Shown: piece by piece, positions 1 through 13,569 of the stretch
Numbering within the stretch: position 1 is the first letter of the stretch
Layout of the letters: every line of letters begins with the position of its first letter
Assembly (NCBI GenBank): GCA_041396265.1
Contig: JAWKYX010000009.1
Span: 11,251 to 75,250, forward strand
DNA length: 64,000 bases
Source: Rhodocyclaceae bacterium
Lineage (GTDB): Bacteria > Pseudomonadota > Gammaproteobacteria > Burkholderiales > Rhodocyclaceae
Direction: 5' to 3'
Made by a program: the position numbers and the translations under genes
Notes under the pieces: model-generated
Told to the model about the DNA's origin: nothing
Databases searched by the model: none
What the model saw: only the letters and a program-made list of their open reading frames with translations

Positions 1-765
1 GCCGGCCACCTGCACTTCGGCAACGGCCCGGCCCATGCCCATGCGCCCGGCCTGTCGCAGGGCGAGATGGTACGCATCGAGCAAGACATCCTCGGCAAGA
101 ACGACCGCTTCGCCGACGCCAACCGCCGCTGGCTGGCCGGGCGCGGCATCTTTGCCCTCAACCTGGTCTCCAGCCCCGGCTCGGGCAAGACCACGCTGCT
201 GTGCAAGACCATCGAGGAGCTCTCCAGCCGGGTGCAGGTGGCGGTGATCGAGGGCGACCAGCAGACCGAATTCGACGCCGAGCGCATCCGCGCCACCGGC
301 GCGCCGGCACTGCAGATCAACACCGGCAAGGGCTGCCATCTCGACGCGGCCATGGTCGGCCAGGCGCTGCAGCGTCTGGCGCCGGTCGATGACAGCCTGC
401 TGCTGATCGAGAACGTCGGCAACCTGGTGTGCCCCTCGGCCTTTGACCTGGGCGAGGCGCACAAGGTGGTGATCCTCTCGGTCACCGAAGGGGAGGACAA
501 ACCGCTCAAATACCCCGACATGTTCGCCGCTGCCGACGTGATGCTGCTCAACAAGACAGACCTGCTCCCCTACCTGCGCTTTGATGCCGACAAGGCGGTC
601 GAATTTGCGCTGCGGGTCAATCCACGGCTCAAGGTGTTCCGCGTGTCGGCCAGCACCGGCGAGGGCTTCGCGGACTGGCTGGCCTGGATCGAGGCCGGGC
701 TGGCGGCCTCGGCCGGTGCGCGCGCCGTTGGTCAGGAGGAGGGTGCCGTTGTCACGGGAGACTGA
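1..765 (+). CDS. hypB: Hydrogenase nickel-incorporation GTPase HypB (5' partial)
   Basis: Frame open from base 1; [11 protein letters not shown]-loop, [27 protein letters not shown] and NKTD motifs. Confidence 0.97.
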   Translation, partial: AGHLHFGNGPAHAHAPGLSQGEMVRIEQDILGKNDRFADANRRWLAGRGIFALNLVSSPGSGKTTLLCKTIEELSSRVQVAVIEGDQQTEFDAERIRATGAPALQINTGKGCHLDAAMVGQALQRLAPVDDSLLLIENVGNLVCPSAFDLGEAHKVVILSVTEGEDKPLKYPDMFAAADVMLLNKTDLLPYLRFDADKAVEFALRVNPRLKVFRVSASTGEGFADWLAWIEAGLAASAGARAVGQEEGAVVTGD

Positions 766-3103
766 AGGCGCATCGCAGCAGACCGACGCCCGCAGTGTCG
801 GCGCGACGGCGCGGTGCCGGGTGCGGGTGCGTGGGGTGGTGCAGGGCGTGGGCTTTCGGCCCTTTGTCTTTCGCCTGGCCCAGCAACTCGACCTCGCCGG
901 CTGGGTGCGCAACGACGCCGAGGGCGTGGAGATGGAAGTGCAGGGGGCGCCGGGCAATCTGTCGGCGCTGCTGGCGCGGCTGATCAAGGAAGTGCCGCCG
1001 CTGGCGCGGATCGACTCGGTCGAAAAGAACGACTGTCCGCCCCTGGCGGCGGATCGTGGCTTCACCATCCGCCCCAGCGAGGGCGGTGCGGTGACCACCG
1101 CCATCGGCCACGACAGCGTGGTTTGCCCCGACTGTCTCGACGAACTGTTCGACCCCGCCAATCGGCGCTGGCGCTATGCCCTGATCAACTGTACTCACTG
1201 CGGCCCGCGCTACACCCTGACCCGCGCGCTGCCCTACGACCGCGCCAACACCAGCATGGCCGGCTTCGTGCAGTGCGAGTCCTGTCAGGACGAATACGAC
1301 GCGCCCACCCACCGGCGCTTCCACGCCGAACCCAATGCCTGTCCGGCCTGCGGCCCGCAGTTGTCACTGGTGCAGGCCGATGGCGTGCGTGTGGCCTCGC
1401 ATGACCCGGTCGCCGATGCGCTGCTCCACCTGCTCACCGGCCATATCGTCGCCATCAAGGGCGTTGGCGGCTTCAACCTGGTGTGCGATGCGCGCAACCC
1501 CGAGGCGGTCGAGCGCCTGCGCGAACGCAAGCAGCGCGGCGACAAGCCCTTTGCGGTGATGGTGGCCAATACCGCTTCGGCGCGCCAGTATGCCCGGGTG
1601 CGCCCCGACGAAGCCGATCTGCTCGAGGCGCCAGAGCGGCCGATCGTGCTGCTCGACAAGCGGGGCGATGCCGACCTGCACCTGTGGGGCGTGGCGCCCG
1701 AGCTGGACCAGATCGGCCTGATGCTGCCCAACTCGCCGCTGCACTACCTGCTGTTCCACGATGAAGCGGGCCGCCCGGCGGGCACCGCCTGGCTCGCGCA
1801 GGCGCAGCCGATGGCCCTGGTGGTGACCTCCGCCAACCCCGGCGGCGAGCCGCTGGTGACCGGCAACGATGAAGCGCTGGCGCGCCTCAGCGGCATCGCC
1901 GACCTCTATCTGATGCATGACCGCGAGGTGCTGGTGCGCTGCGACGACAGCGTGGCGCGGATCACCGCCGGTGCGCCCGCGTTCATCCGCCGCGCCCGTG
2001 GCTACACGCCCCAGGCCATCCGCCTGGCCGACAAGGGCCCGACGACGCTGGCCTTCGGCAGCTACCTGAAAAACACCGTCTGCCTCACCCGCGGCGACGA
2101 GGCCTTCCTCTCGCCGCATGTGGGCGACCTGGCCAATGCGGCGAGCTGTGCGGCGCTCGACGCCGCCGCCGAACACCTGATGACCGTGCTCGCCTGCCGC
2201 CCCGAGTGGATCGCCTGCGACCGCCACCCCGACAGCTACGCCACACAAGCGGCCCACCGCTTTGCACAGATGCACGACCTGCCACTGGTCGCCGTCCAGC
2301 ACCACCACGCGCACATTGCCGCGGTGCTGGCCGAGCACGGCGTCGACGCGCCGGTGCTGGGGCTGGCGCTCGATGGTGTCGGCCTGGGGAATGACGGTGC
2401 GGCGTGGGGGGGCGAGCTGCTGTGGGTCGATGGCGCAGCGTTCGAGCGCCTCGGCCACCTCGCGCCGCTGGCGCTGCCTGGCGGCGACCGCGCCGCCCGC
2501 GAGCCCTGGCGCATGGCCGCCTCGGCCCTGCATGCCATGGACGCCGCGGCGGCCATCGCCGAGCGTTTCGCCCATCTGCGTGGGGCCGAGCGCATCGGCG
2601 CCCTGCTCGATGCCGGCACCCGCTGCCCGCCCACCACCAGCATGGGGCGCTGGTTCGACGCCGCGGCCGGCCTGCTCGGCATCTGCGACGTGATGCACTA
2701 CGAAGGCGAAGCGGCGATGCGGCTCGAAGCCATCGCGGCCGAGTACGGCCCGGCGCTGGCCTTGCCCGGGGGCTGGCATGTTGATGCCGCCAACACGCTC
2801 GACCTGCTGCCAACCCTCGCCGCACTGCGGTCGTCGATGCCGCCACCGCGTGGCGCGGCGGTGTTCCATGCCACGCTGATCGCCGCGCTCGAAGCCTGGG
2901 TGGTCGCCACCGCGCGTGCCCGGGGCGTGCGCACCGTCGCGCTCGGCGGCGGCTGTTTCCTCAACCGGCTGCTCACCGAAGGCCTCAGCCGGCGACTGGC
3001 CGTGCGGGGCCTGACCGTGCTGCGCGCCCGCCAGGCCCCCACCAATGATGGCGGCCTGTCGCTGGGCCAGGCCTGGGTGGCCATCCGCTCGGCGATGGCC
3101 TGA
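743..3103 (+). CDS. hypF: Carbamoyltransferase HypF
   Basis: Acylphosphatase [12 protein letters not shown], two CxxC-x18-CxxC Zn fingers, [17 protein letters not shown]; start placed at GTG743 (TTG749 is an alternative) after AGGAGG. Confidence 0.95.
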   Translation: MPLSRETEGASQQTDARSVGATARCRVRVRGVVQGVGFRPFVFRLAQQLDLAGWVRNDAEGVEMEVQGAPGNLSALLARLIKEVPPLARIDSVEKNDCPPLAADRGFTIRPSEGGAVTTAIGHDSVVCPDCLDELFDPANRRWRYALINCTHCGPRYTLTRALPYDRANTSMAGFVQCESCQDEYDAPTHRRFHAEPNACPACGPQLSLVQADGVRVASHDPVADALLHLLTGHIVAIKGVGGFNLVCDARNPEAVERLRERKQRGDKPFAVMVANTASARQYARVRPDEADLLEAPERPIVLLDKRGDADLHLWGVAPELDQIGLMLPNSPLHYLLFHDEAGRPAGTAWLAQAQPMALVVTSANPGGEPLVTGNDEALARLSGIADLYLMHDREVLVRCDDSVARITAGAPAFIRRARGYTPQAIRLADKGPTTLAFGSYLKNTVCLTRGDEAFLSPHVGDLANAASCAALDAAAEHLMTVLACRPEWIACDRHPDSYATQAAHRFAQMHDLPLVAVQHHHAHIAAVLAEHGVDAPVLGLALDGVGLGNDGAAWGGELLWVDGAAFERLGHLAPLALPGGDRAAREPWRMAASALHAMDAAAAIAERFAHLRGAERIGALLDAGTRCPPTTSMGRWFDAAAGLLGICDVMHYEGEAAMRLEAIAAEYGPALALPGGWHVDAANTLDLLPTLAALRSSMPPPRGAAVFHATLIAALEAWVVATARARGVRTVALGGGCFLNRLLTEGLSRRLAVRGLTVLRARQAPTNDGGLSLGQAWVAIRSAMA

Positions 3104-3119
3104 ACACGGAGTCCAATAC

Positions 3120-3365
3120 ATGTGCCTTGCCATTCCCGCCCGCATCGTTGAAAAGCTCGACGGCGACGCCGCCCGGGTCGACCTCGGTGGCGTGCGCAAG
3201 GAGATCTCGCTGGCGCTGGTCGACGGCGCCGAGATCGGCGACTACGTGATCGTGCACGTCGGCTACGCGCTGTCCAGGCTCGACCCCGAAGAGGCGGCCA
3301 AGACGCTCGCGCTGTTCGAGCAAAGCGGCCTCGACCTGCAGGCGATTGCCGAGGGCAGCGCATGA
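3120..3365 (+). CDS. hypC: Hydrogenase chaperone HypC
   Basis: MCLAIPA N-terminus, GDYVIVHVGYA. Confidence 0.97.
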   Translation: MCLAIPARIVEKLDGDAARVDLGGVRKEISLALVDGAEIGDYVIVHVGYALSRLDPEEAAKTLALFEQSGLDLQAIAEGSA

Positions 3366-4522
3366 AGTATGTGGACGAGTTTCGCGACGGCGACGTGGCC
3401 GCCACGCTGGCCGCGCACATCGCGCGCGAGGCCGAGCCCGGCCGCCAGTACGCCTTCATGGAATTCTGCGGCGGCCACACCCATGCCATCTCGCGTTACG
3501 GCGTGACCGACCTGCTGCCGGCCAACGTGCGCATGATCCACGGCCCCGGCTGCCCGGTGTGCGTGCTGCCCATCGGCCGCATCGACATGGCCATTGGCCT
3601 GGTGCTGTCGCGCCCCGACGTCATCCTGTGCACCTACGGCGACTGCCTGCGCGTGCCGGCCTCCGACCAGCTCTCGCTGCTCAAGGCCAAGGCGCGCGGC
3701 GGTGACGTGCGCATGGTGTATTCGGCGGCCGACGCACTGGCACTGGCGAGCAAACACCCCGAGCGCGAGGTGGTGTTCTTCGCCATCGGTTTCGAGACCA
3801 CCACGCCGCCCACCGCGCTGGTCATCAAGCAGGCGCAGGCGCTGGGGCTCGGGAACTTCAGTGTGATCTGCAACCATGTGCTGACGCCCTCGGCGATCAT
3901 GACCATCCTCGAATCGCCCGAGGTGCGCGAGCTGGGCACCGTGCCGCTCGACGGCTTCATCGGCCCGGCGCATGTATCCACCATCATCGGCAGCCGGCCC
4001 TACGCCTTCTTCGCCGAGGAATACCGCAAACCGGTGGTCATCGCCGGCTTCGAACCGCTCGACGTGATGCAGGCGATCCGCATGCTGATCCGCCAGGTGA
4101 ACGAGGGCCGCGCCGAGGTCGAGAACGAATTCACCCGTGCCGTCACCACCGATGGCAACCTCAAGGCCCAGGCGCTGGTCGGCGAAGTCTTCGAGCTGCG
4201 CCGCAGCTTCGAATGGCGCGGCCTGCGCGAGGTGCCGTACTCGGCCCTGCGCATCCGCGAAGCCTTCGCCGCCTGGGATGCCGAGCGTAAGTTCGAGCTC
4301 GCCTTCCAGTCGGTGCCCGACAACCGCGCCTGCGAGTGCGGCGCCATCCTGCGCGGCGTGAAGACGCCGACCGACTGCAAGCTCTTCGGCACGGTGTGTA
4401 CGCCGGAGAACCCGATGGGCTCGTGCATGGTGTCGAGTGAAGGCGCCTGTGCGGCGCACTATAACTATGGGCGGTTTCGGGATATTCCGGTGGTGGCCGC
4501 TACCGCCGCGGTGGCGGGCTAG
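3362..4522 (+). CDS. hypD: Hydrogenase maturation protein HypD
   Basis: CGGHTH, GPGCPVC, GFETT, C-terminal Fe-S cysteines (GSCMVSSEGAC). Confidence 0.98.
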   Translation: MKYVDEFRDGDVAATLAAHIAREAEPGRQYAFMEFCGGHTHAISRYGVTDLLPANVRMIHGPGCPVCVLPIGRIDMAIGLVLSRPDVILCTYGDCLRVPASDQLSLLKAKARGGDVRMVYSAADALALASKHPEREVVFFAIGFETTTPPTALVIKQAQALGLGNFSVICNHVLTPSAIMTILESPEVRELGTVPLDGFIGPAHVSTIIGSRPYAFFAEEYRKPVVIAGFEPLDVMQAIRMLIRQVNEGRAEVENEFTRAVTTDGNLKAQALVGEVFELRRSFEWRGLREVPYSALRIREAFAAWDAERKFELAFQSVPDNRACECGAILRGVKTPTDCKLFGTVCTPENPMGSCMVSSEGACAAHYNYGRFRDIPVVAATAAVAG

Positions 4523-4545
4523 CGCCGTGCCCGGCTTGCGGCGTG

Positions 4546-4845
4546 GTGCTCGCTTCGGAGGCTCGTTGGCCGGGTCTCGCCCCGGCGGGCGACCTCCTTT
4601 CTTGCACGCGCAAGAAAGGAGGCAAAGAAGGCGCCCCGCTGTGCCGCCGGCTTCGCCGGTGCCCTCACTGCGCCCGGCGCCGGCGGGTCGTGTCGCAAAC
4701 TCGCCCGTTCCGGGCTCAAACAGCGACACGACAATTCCCGCCGTCCCCGTTCTCCGTTCGGCGGCACAGAAGGGGAGAGGCACGCGGGCTCGGCTTCGCC
4801 ATCGCCCGCTCGGGCGGCGGTTCGTAGGGCGGGTTTCAACCCGCC
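4546..4845 (+). repeat. ~300-bp structured intergenic repeat, copy A, ending in a GTAG-type REP
   Basis: Colinear, highly similar to 6284-6581; internal hairpins (CTTTCTTGCACGCGCAAGAAAG); ends in GTAGGGCGGGTTTCAACCCGCC. Confidence 0.85.
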
Positions 4846-4869
4846 ATCGGTATTCGTTCCCAGACCATT

Positions 4870-5137
4870 GGCGGGTTGAAACCCGCCCTACAAGAACCCA
4901 CGGCCACGCTGTTTCAGCCTGGCACCCCATCCCCCTCTGTCGTGCCGAGCGCAGCAAGTGCGGGGCGGAAATAGCGGCTTCGCTGTTTGAGCCCGCAGGG
5001 CGAGTTTGCGAAGTCGCCCGCCTCGCGCTTGCGGAGGGCGGAGCCCGAAGGGCCGCGACAGTGGGGCGTGCATCGACGCTTATCTTTCTTGCACGAGCAA
5101 GAAAGTAAGTCGCCCGCCGGGGCGAGACCCGGCCAAT
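4870..5137 (-). repeat. Inverted, diverged copy B of the same repeat, also ending in the REP
   Basis: Minus strand starts TTGGCCGGGTCTCGCCCCGGCGGGCGAC (as at 4567), has the TTCTTGC..GCAAGAAAG hairpin, ends in REP 4870-4891. Confidence 0.75.
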
Positions 5138-5208
5138 GTCCGCATCAAGAAATGCACAGCCCGTCCTACGGGCAAAAAATACGAACCGCGCCGCGCCCCC
5201 ACCTATCC

Positions 5209-6265
5209 ATGAATAAAGTCAAAAAGGGCTACGTCCGCCCCCTGGACCTCAAATCCGGCCGCATCGACATGGGCCACGGCGCCGGCGGCAAGGCGATGGC
5301 GCAGCTCATCGACGAGCTGTTCGCCCGCGCCTTCGCCAACGACTACCTGGCGCAGGGCGACGACGGCACCGTGCTGCCGGCGCCCGCGCCAGGCGAGCGG
5401 CTGGTGATGGCCACCGATGCGCATGTGGTCTCGCCGCTGTTCTTCCCCGGCGGCGACATCGGCTGCCTGTCGGTGCACGGCACGATCAACGATGTGGCGG
5501 TGATGGGCGCGCGACCGCTGTATCTGGCGGCCAGCTTCGTCCTCGAAGAAGGCTTTCCGCTGGCAGACCTGAAACGCATCGTCGATTCGATGGCGGCGGC
5601 CAGCCGCGAGGCCGGCGTGCCGGTGGTGACGGGCGACACCAAGGTGGTGGAGCAGGGCAAGGGCGACGGGGTGTTCATCACCACCACCGGGGTCGGCGCG
5701 CTGCCGGCCGGGCGGTCGCTGTCGGGCGCCAATGCGCGGCCGGGTGATGTGATCCTGGTGTCGGGCACGCTGGGCGACCATGGCATGGCGATCATGGCGC
5801 AGCGCGAGTCGCTGGCCTTCGAGTCGGAAATCACCTCCGACACTGCGGCCCTGCACGGCCTGATCGCCGAGCTGCTGGCCGCCGTGCCGTTGGTGCGCGT
5901 GCTGCGCGATCCGACGCGCGGCGGGCTGGCGACCACGCTCAACGAGATCGCCACGCAATCCGGCGTGGGCATGCTGCTGGAGGAAAAGGCGATCCCGGTG
6001 CGCGAGCAGGTGGAGCGCGGCCTGCGAGCTGCTCGGCCTCGATCCGCTGTATGTGGCCAACGAGGGTAAGCTGGTCGCCATCGTGCCGCCCGAGGCCGCC
6101 GACGCGGCGCTGGCCGCGCTGCGCGACCATCCGTTGGGGCGCGAGGCGGCGCGCATCGGTGAAGTCACCGTCGACCCCAACGCCTTTGTGCAGATTCGCA
6201 CCGGCTTCGGCGGCAAACGCATGGTGGATTGGCTGTCGGGCGAACAGTTGCCGAGGATCTGCTGA
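5209..6265 (+). CDS. hypE: Carbamoyl dehydratase HypE, +1 frameshift near 6018 (possible sequencing error)
   Basis: HGAGGKAM, DAHVVSPLFFPGGDIG, RDPTRGG; CELLGLDPLYVANEGK and terminal PRIC continue in a shifted frame. Confidence 0.93.
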
Positions 6266-6283
6266 TGAACGCATGCCGCGACC

Positions 6284-6581
6284 GTGCTCGCTTCGGATTG
6301 ACGTTGGCCGGGTCTCGCCCGGCGGGCGACCGCCTTTCTTGCACGCGCAAGAAAGGAGGCAAAAAAGCGCCCCGACTGTGCCGCCGGCTGCGCCGGTGCC
6401 CTCTCTACGCCCGGCGCCGGCGGGTCGTGTCGCGAACTCGCCCTGCGGGCTCAGACGGGCGACACGACAATTCCCGCCGTCCCCGGGCTCCGTTCGGCGG
6501 CACAGAAGGGGAAGGGCACGCGGGCTCGGCTGCGCCATCGCCCGCTCGGAGGGTGCCTCGTAGGGCGGGTTTCAACCCGCC
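6284..6581 (+). repeat. Copy C of the structured repeat, ending in REP
   Basis: Direct repeat of 4546-4845; REP at 6560-6581. Confidence 0.85.
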
Positions 6582-6631
6582 AACCCTCCCGTGAAGCTGT
6601 GACAGCCTGCTGCGGCAAGGAGGCCTGACCC

Positions 6632-8358
6632 ATGCGCATCCTGCTGCTCACTCATAGCTTCAACAGCCTCACCCAGCGCCTGTTCGCCGAGTTGCGCGAG
6701 GACGGGCACGAGGTCTCGGTCGAGTTCGACATCGCCGATTCGGTGGCCGAGGAGGCGGTGGCGCTGTTCGCGCCGGAGGTGATCGTCGCGCCCTTCCTCA
6801 AGCGCGCGGTACCCGAGTCGATCTGGCGCCGGCATCTGACGCTGATCGTGCACCCCGGCATCGTCGGTGACCGCGGCCCCTCGGCGCTCGACTGGGCGAT
6901 CGTCAATGGCGAGGCTACCTGGGGCGTGACCGTGTTGCAGGCCGAGGCGGAGATGGACGCCGGGCCGGTGTGGGCGACACGCGAGTTCCCGATGCGCGCG
7001 GCGCCCAAGGCGAGTCTCTACCGCAACGAGGTAAGCGCGGGCGCGCTGGCGGCGGTGCGCGAGGCGCTGGGGTGCGTGGCCGACTGGCGCGCGGAGCGCT
7101 GGGCGCCCACGGCGCTGGCCGACTGGCCGAACGCCCGTGGTCAGTGGCGCGCGCTGATGCGCCAGGCCGACCGGCGTATCGATTGGTTGCAGGACAGCAC
7201 GGCGACGGTGCTGTCCAAGATCCGCGCCGCCGACGGCTTCCCCGGCGTGGCCGATGCGCTCTTCGGCGAGCCCTGTCAGCTCTTCGACGCGCAGCCGGGT
7301 ACGGCGCCGGCCGATGCCGTGCCGGGCACGGTGATCGGGCGGCGCGACGGTGCGCTGCTGCGCGCCACGGTCGACGGCGCGGTGTGGATCGGCCATGTGA
7401 AGCGCGGCGGCAGCGATCACCCCTTCAAGCTGCCGGCGACGCTGGCGTTCGCCGACGCAGTGGCGCAACTGCCGGTCATCGATGCCGACCCCGAGGCCGC
7501 CGAGATCGGCTACCGCGAGTCGGACGACGGCATGGTCGGCTTCCTGCGTTTCGATTTCACCAACGGCGCGATGTCCACCGCGCAGTGCGTACGCCTGCGC
7601 GACGCCATCGCGGCGGCCGGTGCACGGCCGACCCGGGTGCTGGTGCTCGAAGGCGGGCGCGATTTCTGGTCGAACGGCATCCACCTGAATGTGATCGAGG
7701 CGGCCGAGTCGCCGGCCGACGAATCCTGGGCCAACATCAACGCCATGAACGATGTGTGCCTCGCGCTGCTGACGCTGACCGGCAAGCGCACCGTGGCGGC
7801 GATGCGCGGCAACGCCGGCGCCGGCGGCTGCTTCCTGGCGCTGGCGGCCGACGCGGTGTGGGCGCGCGAGGGCGTGGTGATGAACCCGCACTACAAGAAC
7901 ATGGGCAACCTGTTCGGTTCGGAATACTGGAGCTACCTGCTGCCGCGCCGGGTGGGCGAGGCGGCGGGGCGCCGCCTCATGGGCGACCGCCTGCCGCTGC
8001 TGGCGCGCAAGGCGGTGGCGCTGGGGTTGATCGACGCCTGCTTCGGCGCTACGCCGGACGAATTCGCCGCCGAGGTGGCGCATCGCGCCGCGGCGCTGGC
8101 GGCCGATCCGGCGCTGCCCGAGCATCTGGCCGACAAGGCGGCCCGCCGCGCCGCCGACGAGGCCGACAAACCGCTGGCCGACTATCGCGCCGAGGAGTTG
8201 CGCCACATGCAGCGTAACTTCTACGGCTTCGACCCGAGCTATCACGTGGCGCGCTACCACTTCGTGCTGAAGAGCCCGCAGTCGTGGACGCCGCGCCATC
8301 TGGCCCGTCACCGGGACCTGGGCTGGCAGGTGCAGGCCACCGAGGAGAGTGCTGCCGT

Positions 8359-8362
<4 letters not shown>
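6632..8362 (+). CDS. hypX: Hydrogenase maturation protein HypX/HoxX (formyltransferase + enoyl-CoA hydratase-like domains)
   Basis: MRILLLTHSFNSLTQR, HPGIVGDRGPSALDWAI, NGAMST, WSNGIHLN, YKNMGNLFGSEYW. Confidence 0.95.
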
Positions 8363-9804
<1,442 letters not shown>

Positions 9805-9819
9805 GGGTGCCGGCGGCCG

Positions 9820-10074
9820 TCAGCGCGACAGCTCGGTCGGCATCTCGATTTCGTAGATGGCGTCGTTGATGTCGTCGAGCCGCTGGGCGATCACGGCCTG
9901 GGCGTCGTTCAGCCCACGGTTGTAGTAGTAAGCACCGATTTCTCGCGAGATGAAATCGAGCAGAAAGCCGGCCTCGAACTGGCCGACCTCCTGATCCAGC
10001 TCGTCGGCCAGATAGCGCTTGAGCTTGTCGGTCAGCAGGGCTTTTTCTTCGCTGGAAAATTCGATCTTCGACAT
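9820..10074 (-). CDS. DUF2164 family small protein
   Basis: LDQEVGQFEAGFLLDF..EIGAYYYNRGL.DA pattern. Confidence 0.8.
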   Translation of the reverse strand: MSKIEFSSEEKALLTDKLKRYLADELDQEVGQFEAGFLLDFISREIGAYYYNRGLNDAQAVIAQRLDDINDAIYEIEMPTELSR

Positions 10075-10083
10075 GGGGTCTCC

Positions 10084-11325
<1,242 letters not shown>

Positions 11326-11384
11326 GGAAATGTCCTGGTGGGTGGAGTCAGGCCGGGAGTATGCCGAACAGGTGGTCCGCAGAC

Positions 11385-11414
11385 AAAAAAAACGGGCAGC
11401 GCCGGGCTGCCCGT
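11385..11414 (-). terminator. Rho-independent terminator after the PiT gene
   Basis: Stem ACGGGCAGC/GCTGCCCGT followed by T8 on the minus strand. Confidence 0.75.
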
Positions 11415-11433
11415 CGTGACGGCGTGTGTCCGG

Positions 11434-13020
11434 TCAGGACATCATCATGCCGCGGATCATGAAGAACAGCATGGCGGCCATGATGGCCGAGGCCGGCACG
11501 GTGATCACCCAGGCGGCGGCGATGCGCTTGAGCTGCGAGCGCTTGACCAGTTCCTGGCGATAGACCCGCTTGAGGGCCTTGCGCTCCTGCTTGGAGAAGT
11601 GCGCCGGATCGAGGTGCGCCTTGGCCTGTTCTTTCAGCTCGGTGAGCATGCGGCCCTTCTCGGCCACCGGTGCGGCAGTGAAGCGCACCATGAAGGCATC
11701 GATGGCGCCCTGGTCGTCTTCGGGGTGGTGCGCCTTGATTTCGTCTTCCATGCGCGCGTACTTGTTCTTGATCCACTCGCGCAGGAAGCCGACGCCGAAC
11801 ACGCCGCCGACCGCAATGTGCGTGGAGCTCACCGGCAGACCGAGCTGGCTGGCGATGATCACCGTGATGGTGGCCGCCATGGCGATACAGTAGGCGCGCA
11901 TCTGGTCGAGTTCGGTGATCTCCGAGCCGACGGTGCGGATCACTTTCGGGCCGTACAGCGCCAGCCCCAGCGCGATGCCGATGGCGCCGACCATCATCAC
12001 CCAGGTCGGGATGGCCGCCTTGGCTTGCACCTGGCCGGAGGTGCTGGTGAGCACATCGACAATCGCCGCCAGCGGTCCGACCGCATTGGCGACGTCATTC
12101 GAGCCGTGGGCGAAGGACAGCAGCGCGGCGGCGAAGATCAGCGGTACGGTGAACAACTGCTTGATGCCGGCCTTGTCGTTGCCGAGTTTGTCGGCCTGGC
12201 GTGCAACCACCGGGCGCAGGACCAGGAACAGGGCAATGGCAAACAGCAGCCCGTACAGCATGGCGGCACCAAAGCCGATCTTGAGTACCGATTTGAGGCC
12301 CTTGAGCAGCAGGTAGGACGAGGTCGCCCAGCCCATCAGCGCGATCAGGAGCGGCACCCAGCGTTTGGCCGCGGCGCGCATGTCGGTGTGGTAGGTGATG
12401 CGATGCTTGATGAAGTACAGGAAGCCGGCCGCCACGATGCCGCCGAGCAGCGGCGAGATCACCCAGCTGGCGGCGATCTGCCCGACCTTGCCCCAGTTGG
12501 CCACACCGAAACCACTGGCTGCGATGCCCGCGCCGAGTACCGCACCGACGATGGAGTGGGTGGTCGATACCGGCGCACCCACGGCGGTGGCGATATTCAG
12601 CCACAAGGCGCCGGCGAGCAGGGCGGCCAGCATCAGCCACACGAAGCTCTGGCCGCTGGGCAGCTGGCTGGCGTCGATGATGCCGTTGCGGATGGTGCCG
12701 ACCACCTCGCCGCCGGCGATCAGCGCGCCGGCCGCTTCGAAGACGGCGGCGATGACCAGCGCCAGCCCCAGGCTCATGGCCTTGGAGCCCACGGCTGGAC
12801 CGACGTTGTTGGCCACGTCGTTGGCGCCGATGTTCATCGCCATGTAGCCGCCAATGACGGCGGCGACGACCAGCATCACATTGAGTTCGCCACCGATGCC
12901 CCGGGTCGTGGCATAGAGCATGACGCCCACCACGAACAGAAGCCCCATGCCGAGCCGGAACATCTCGCCGCTGCCACGCTGGGTTGCGCGTTCAAGTTCG
13001 CTGATGTGTTTGAGTTCCAC
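11434..13020 (-). CDS. PiT-family inorganic phosphate/anion transporter
   Basis: GANDVAN and HGSNDVANAVG signatures, PVSTTH/PVSSTH. Confidence 0.93.
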   Translation of the reverse strand: MELKHISELERATQRGSGEMFRLGMGLLFVVGVMLYATTRGIGGELNVMLVVAAVIGGYMAMNIGANDVANNVGPAVGSKAMSLGLALVIAAVFEAAGALIAGGEVVGTIRNGIIDASQLPSGQSFVWLMLAALLAGALWLNIATAVGAPVSTTHSIVGAVLGAGIAASGFGVANWGKVGQIAASWVISPLLGGIVAAGFLYFIKHRITYHTDMRAAAKRWVPLLIALMGWATSSYLLLKGLKSVLKIGFGAAMLYGLLFAIALFLVLRPVVARQADKLGNDKAGIKQLFTVPLIFAAALLSFAHGSNDVANAVGPLAAIVDVLTSTSGQVQAKAAIPTWVMMVGAIGIALGLALYGPKVIRTVGSEITELDQMRAYCIAMAATITVIIASQLGLPVSSTHIAVGGVFGVGFLREWIKNKYARMEDEIKAHHPEDDQGAIDAFMVRFTAAPVAEKGRMLTELKEQAKAHLDPAHFSKQERKALKRVYRQELVKRSQLKRIAAAWVITVPASAIMAAMLFFMIRGMMMS

Positions 13021-13060
13021 GGGTCGCCCGATTGCTGGAAAAAAAGCGGATTGTTTCAGA

Positions 13061-13076
13061 TTTGAGACAGGTCACA
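13061..13076. promoter_or_regulatory. Possible CRP/FNR-family box upstream of the PiT gene
   Basis: TTTGA-N6-TCACA, one mismatch to TGTGA-N6-TCACA, about 40 bp upstream of the start. Confidence 0.3.
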
Positions 13077-13245
13077 AAGGTGGAACCATCAATTTTTTTC
13101 GTGATCTGACCGCTGGCGGGCGCCGTCATAGGCCATCCGCCCTGATCTGAGACAAGCCGGCAGCGGCCCAAAGCCGCTAATCTGTCTCTCCTGAAACGGT
13201 GCCGGGTCGCCCGAGCCTGCGCCACTGACTGAGGAATAACCGCCC

Positions 13246-13530
13246 ATGGCGCTGGAAATGGCCTTTCCGATCGTACTCATCCTGACGCTGTTCATCACCG
13301 CCTTCATCGTGCTGACCAGGCACCAGGCGCACATGAAGGCACAGCGCGAGCTGCCCGATCGTGCCGAGTACTTCGCTTCGGCGGGCGAAGGCGGCGCCTG
13401 CAAGAAATGCGGCAGCACCGAGACGACCGAGCAGGGACTCGACGACAGCAGCGACAACACCCGCATCGTCAGCTGTGCCGGCTGCCGGGCGCTGCTCTAT
13501 CAATTCAAGCGCGAGCAGTCGCCCGACTGA
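13246..13530 (+). CDS. Small membrane-anchored protein with a CxxC...CxxC zinc-ribbon-like motif
   Basis: GAGG RBS, N-terminal TM helix, CKKC and CAGC. Confidence 0.65.
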   Translation: MALEMAFPIVLILTLFITAFIVLTRHQAHMKAQRELPDRAEYFASAGEGGACKKCGSTETTEQGLDDSSDNTRIVSCAGCRALLYQFKREQSPD

Positions 13531-13569
13531 CCCTGTGCGGCCAGCGGGCCGTGTGATTCAATACGCTCC

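Noticed and set aside
1364-3199. Long antisense or overlapping ORFs (e.g. 1364-3199, 6572-8311, 11338-13065, 18936-20903, 21954-23780, 60992-62713)
   Set aside because: Shadow frames of real genes in high-GC DNA; Arg/Ala/Gly-rich with no motifs
4824-4891. REP core GGCGGGTTGAAAC resembles the CRISPR repeat 3' end GGCGTGGATTGAAAC (possible mini-array or decoy)
   Set aside because: Short match inside a GTAG palindrome of REP architecture; lacks the repeat stem and spacer periodicity; probably coincidental
4437-5212. ORFs across the hypD-hypE and hypE-hypX gaps
   Set aside because: They translate the palindromic repeat element and have no protein-like composition
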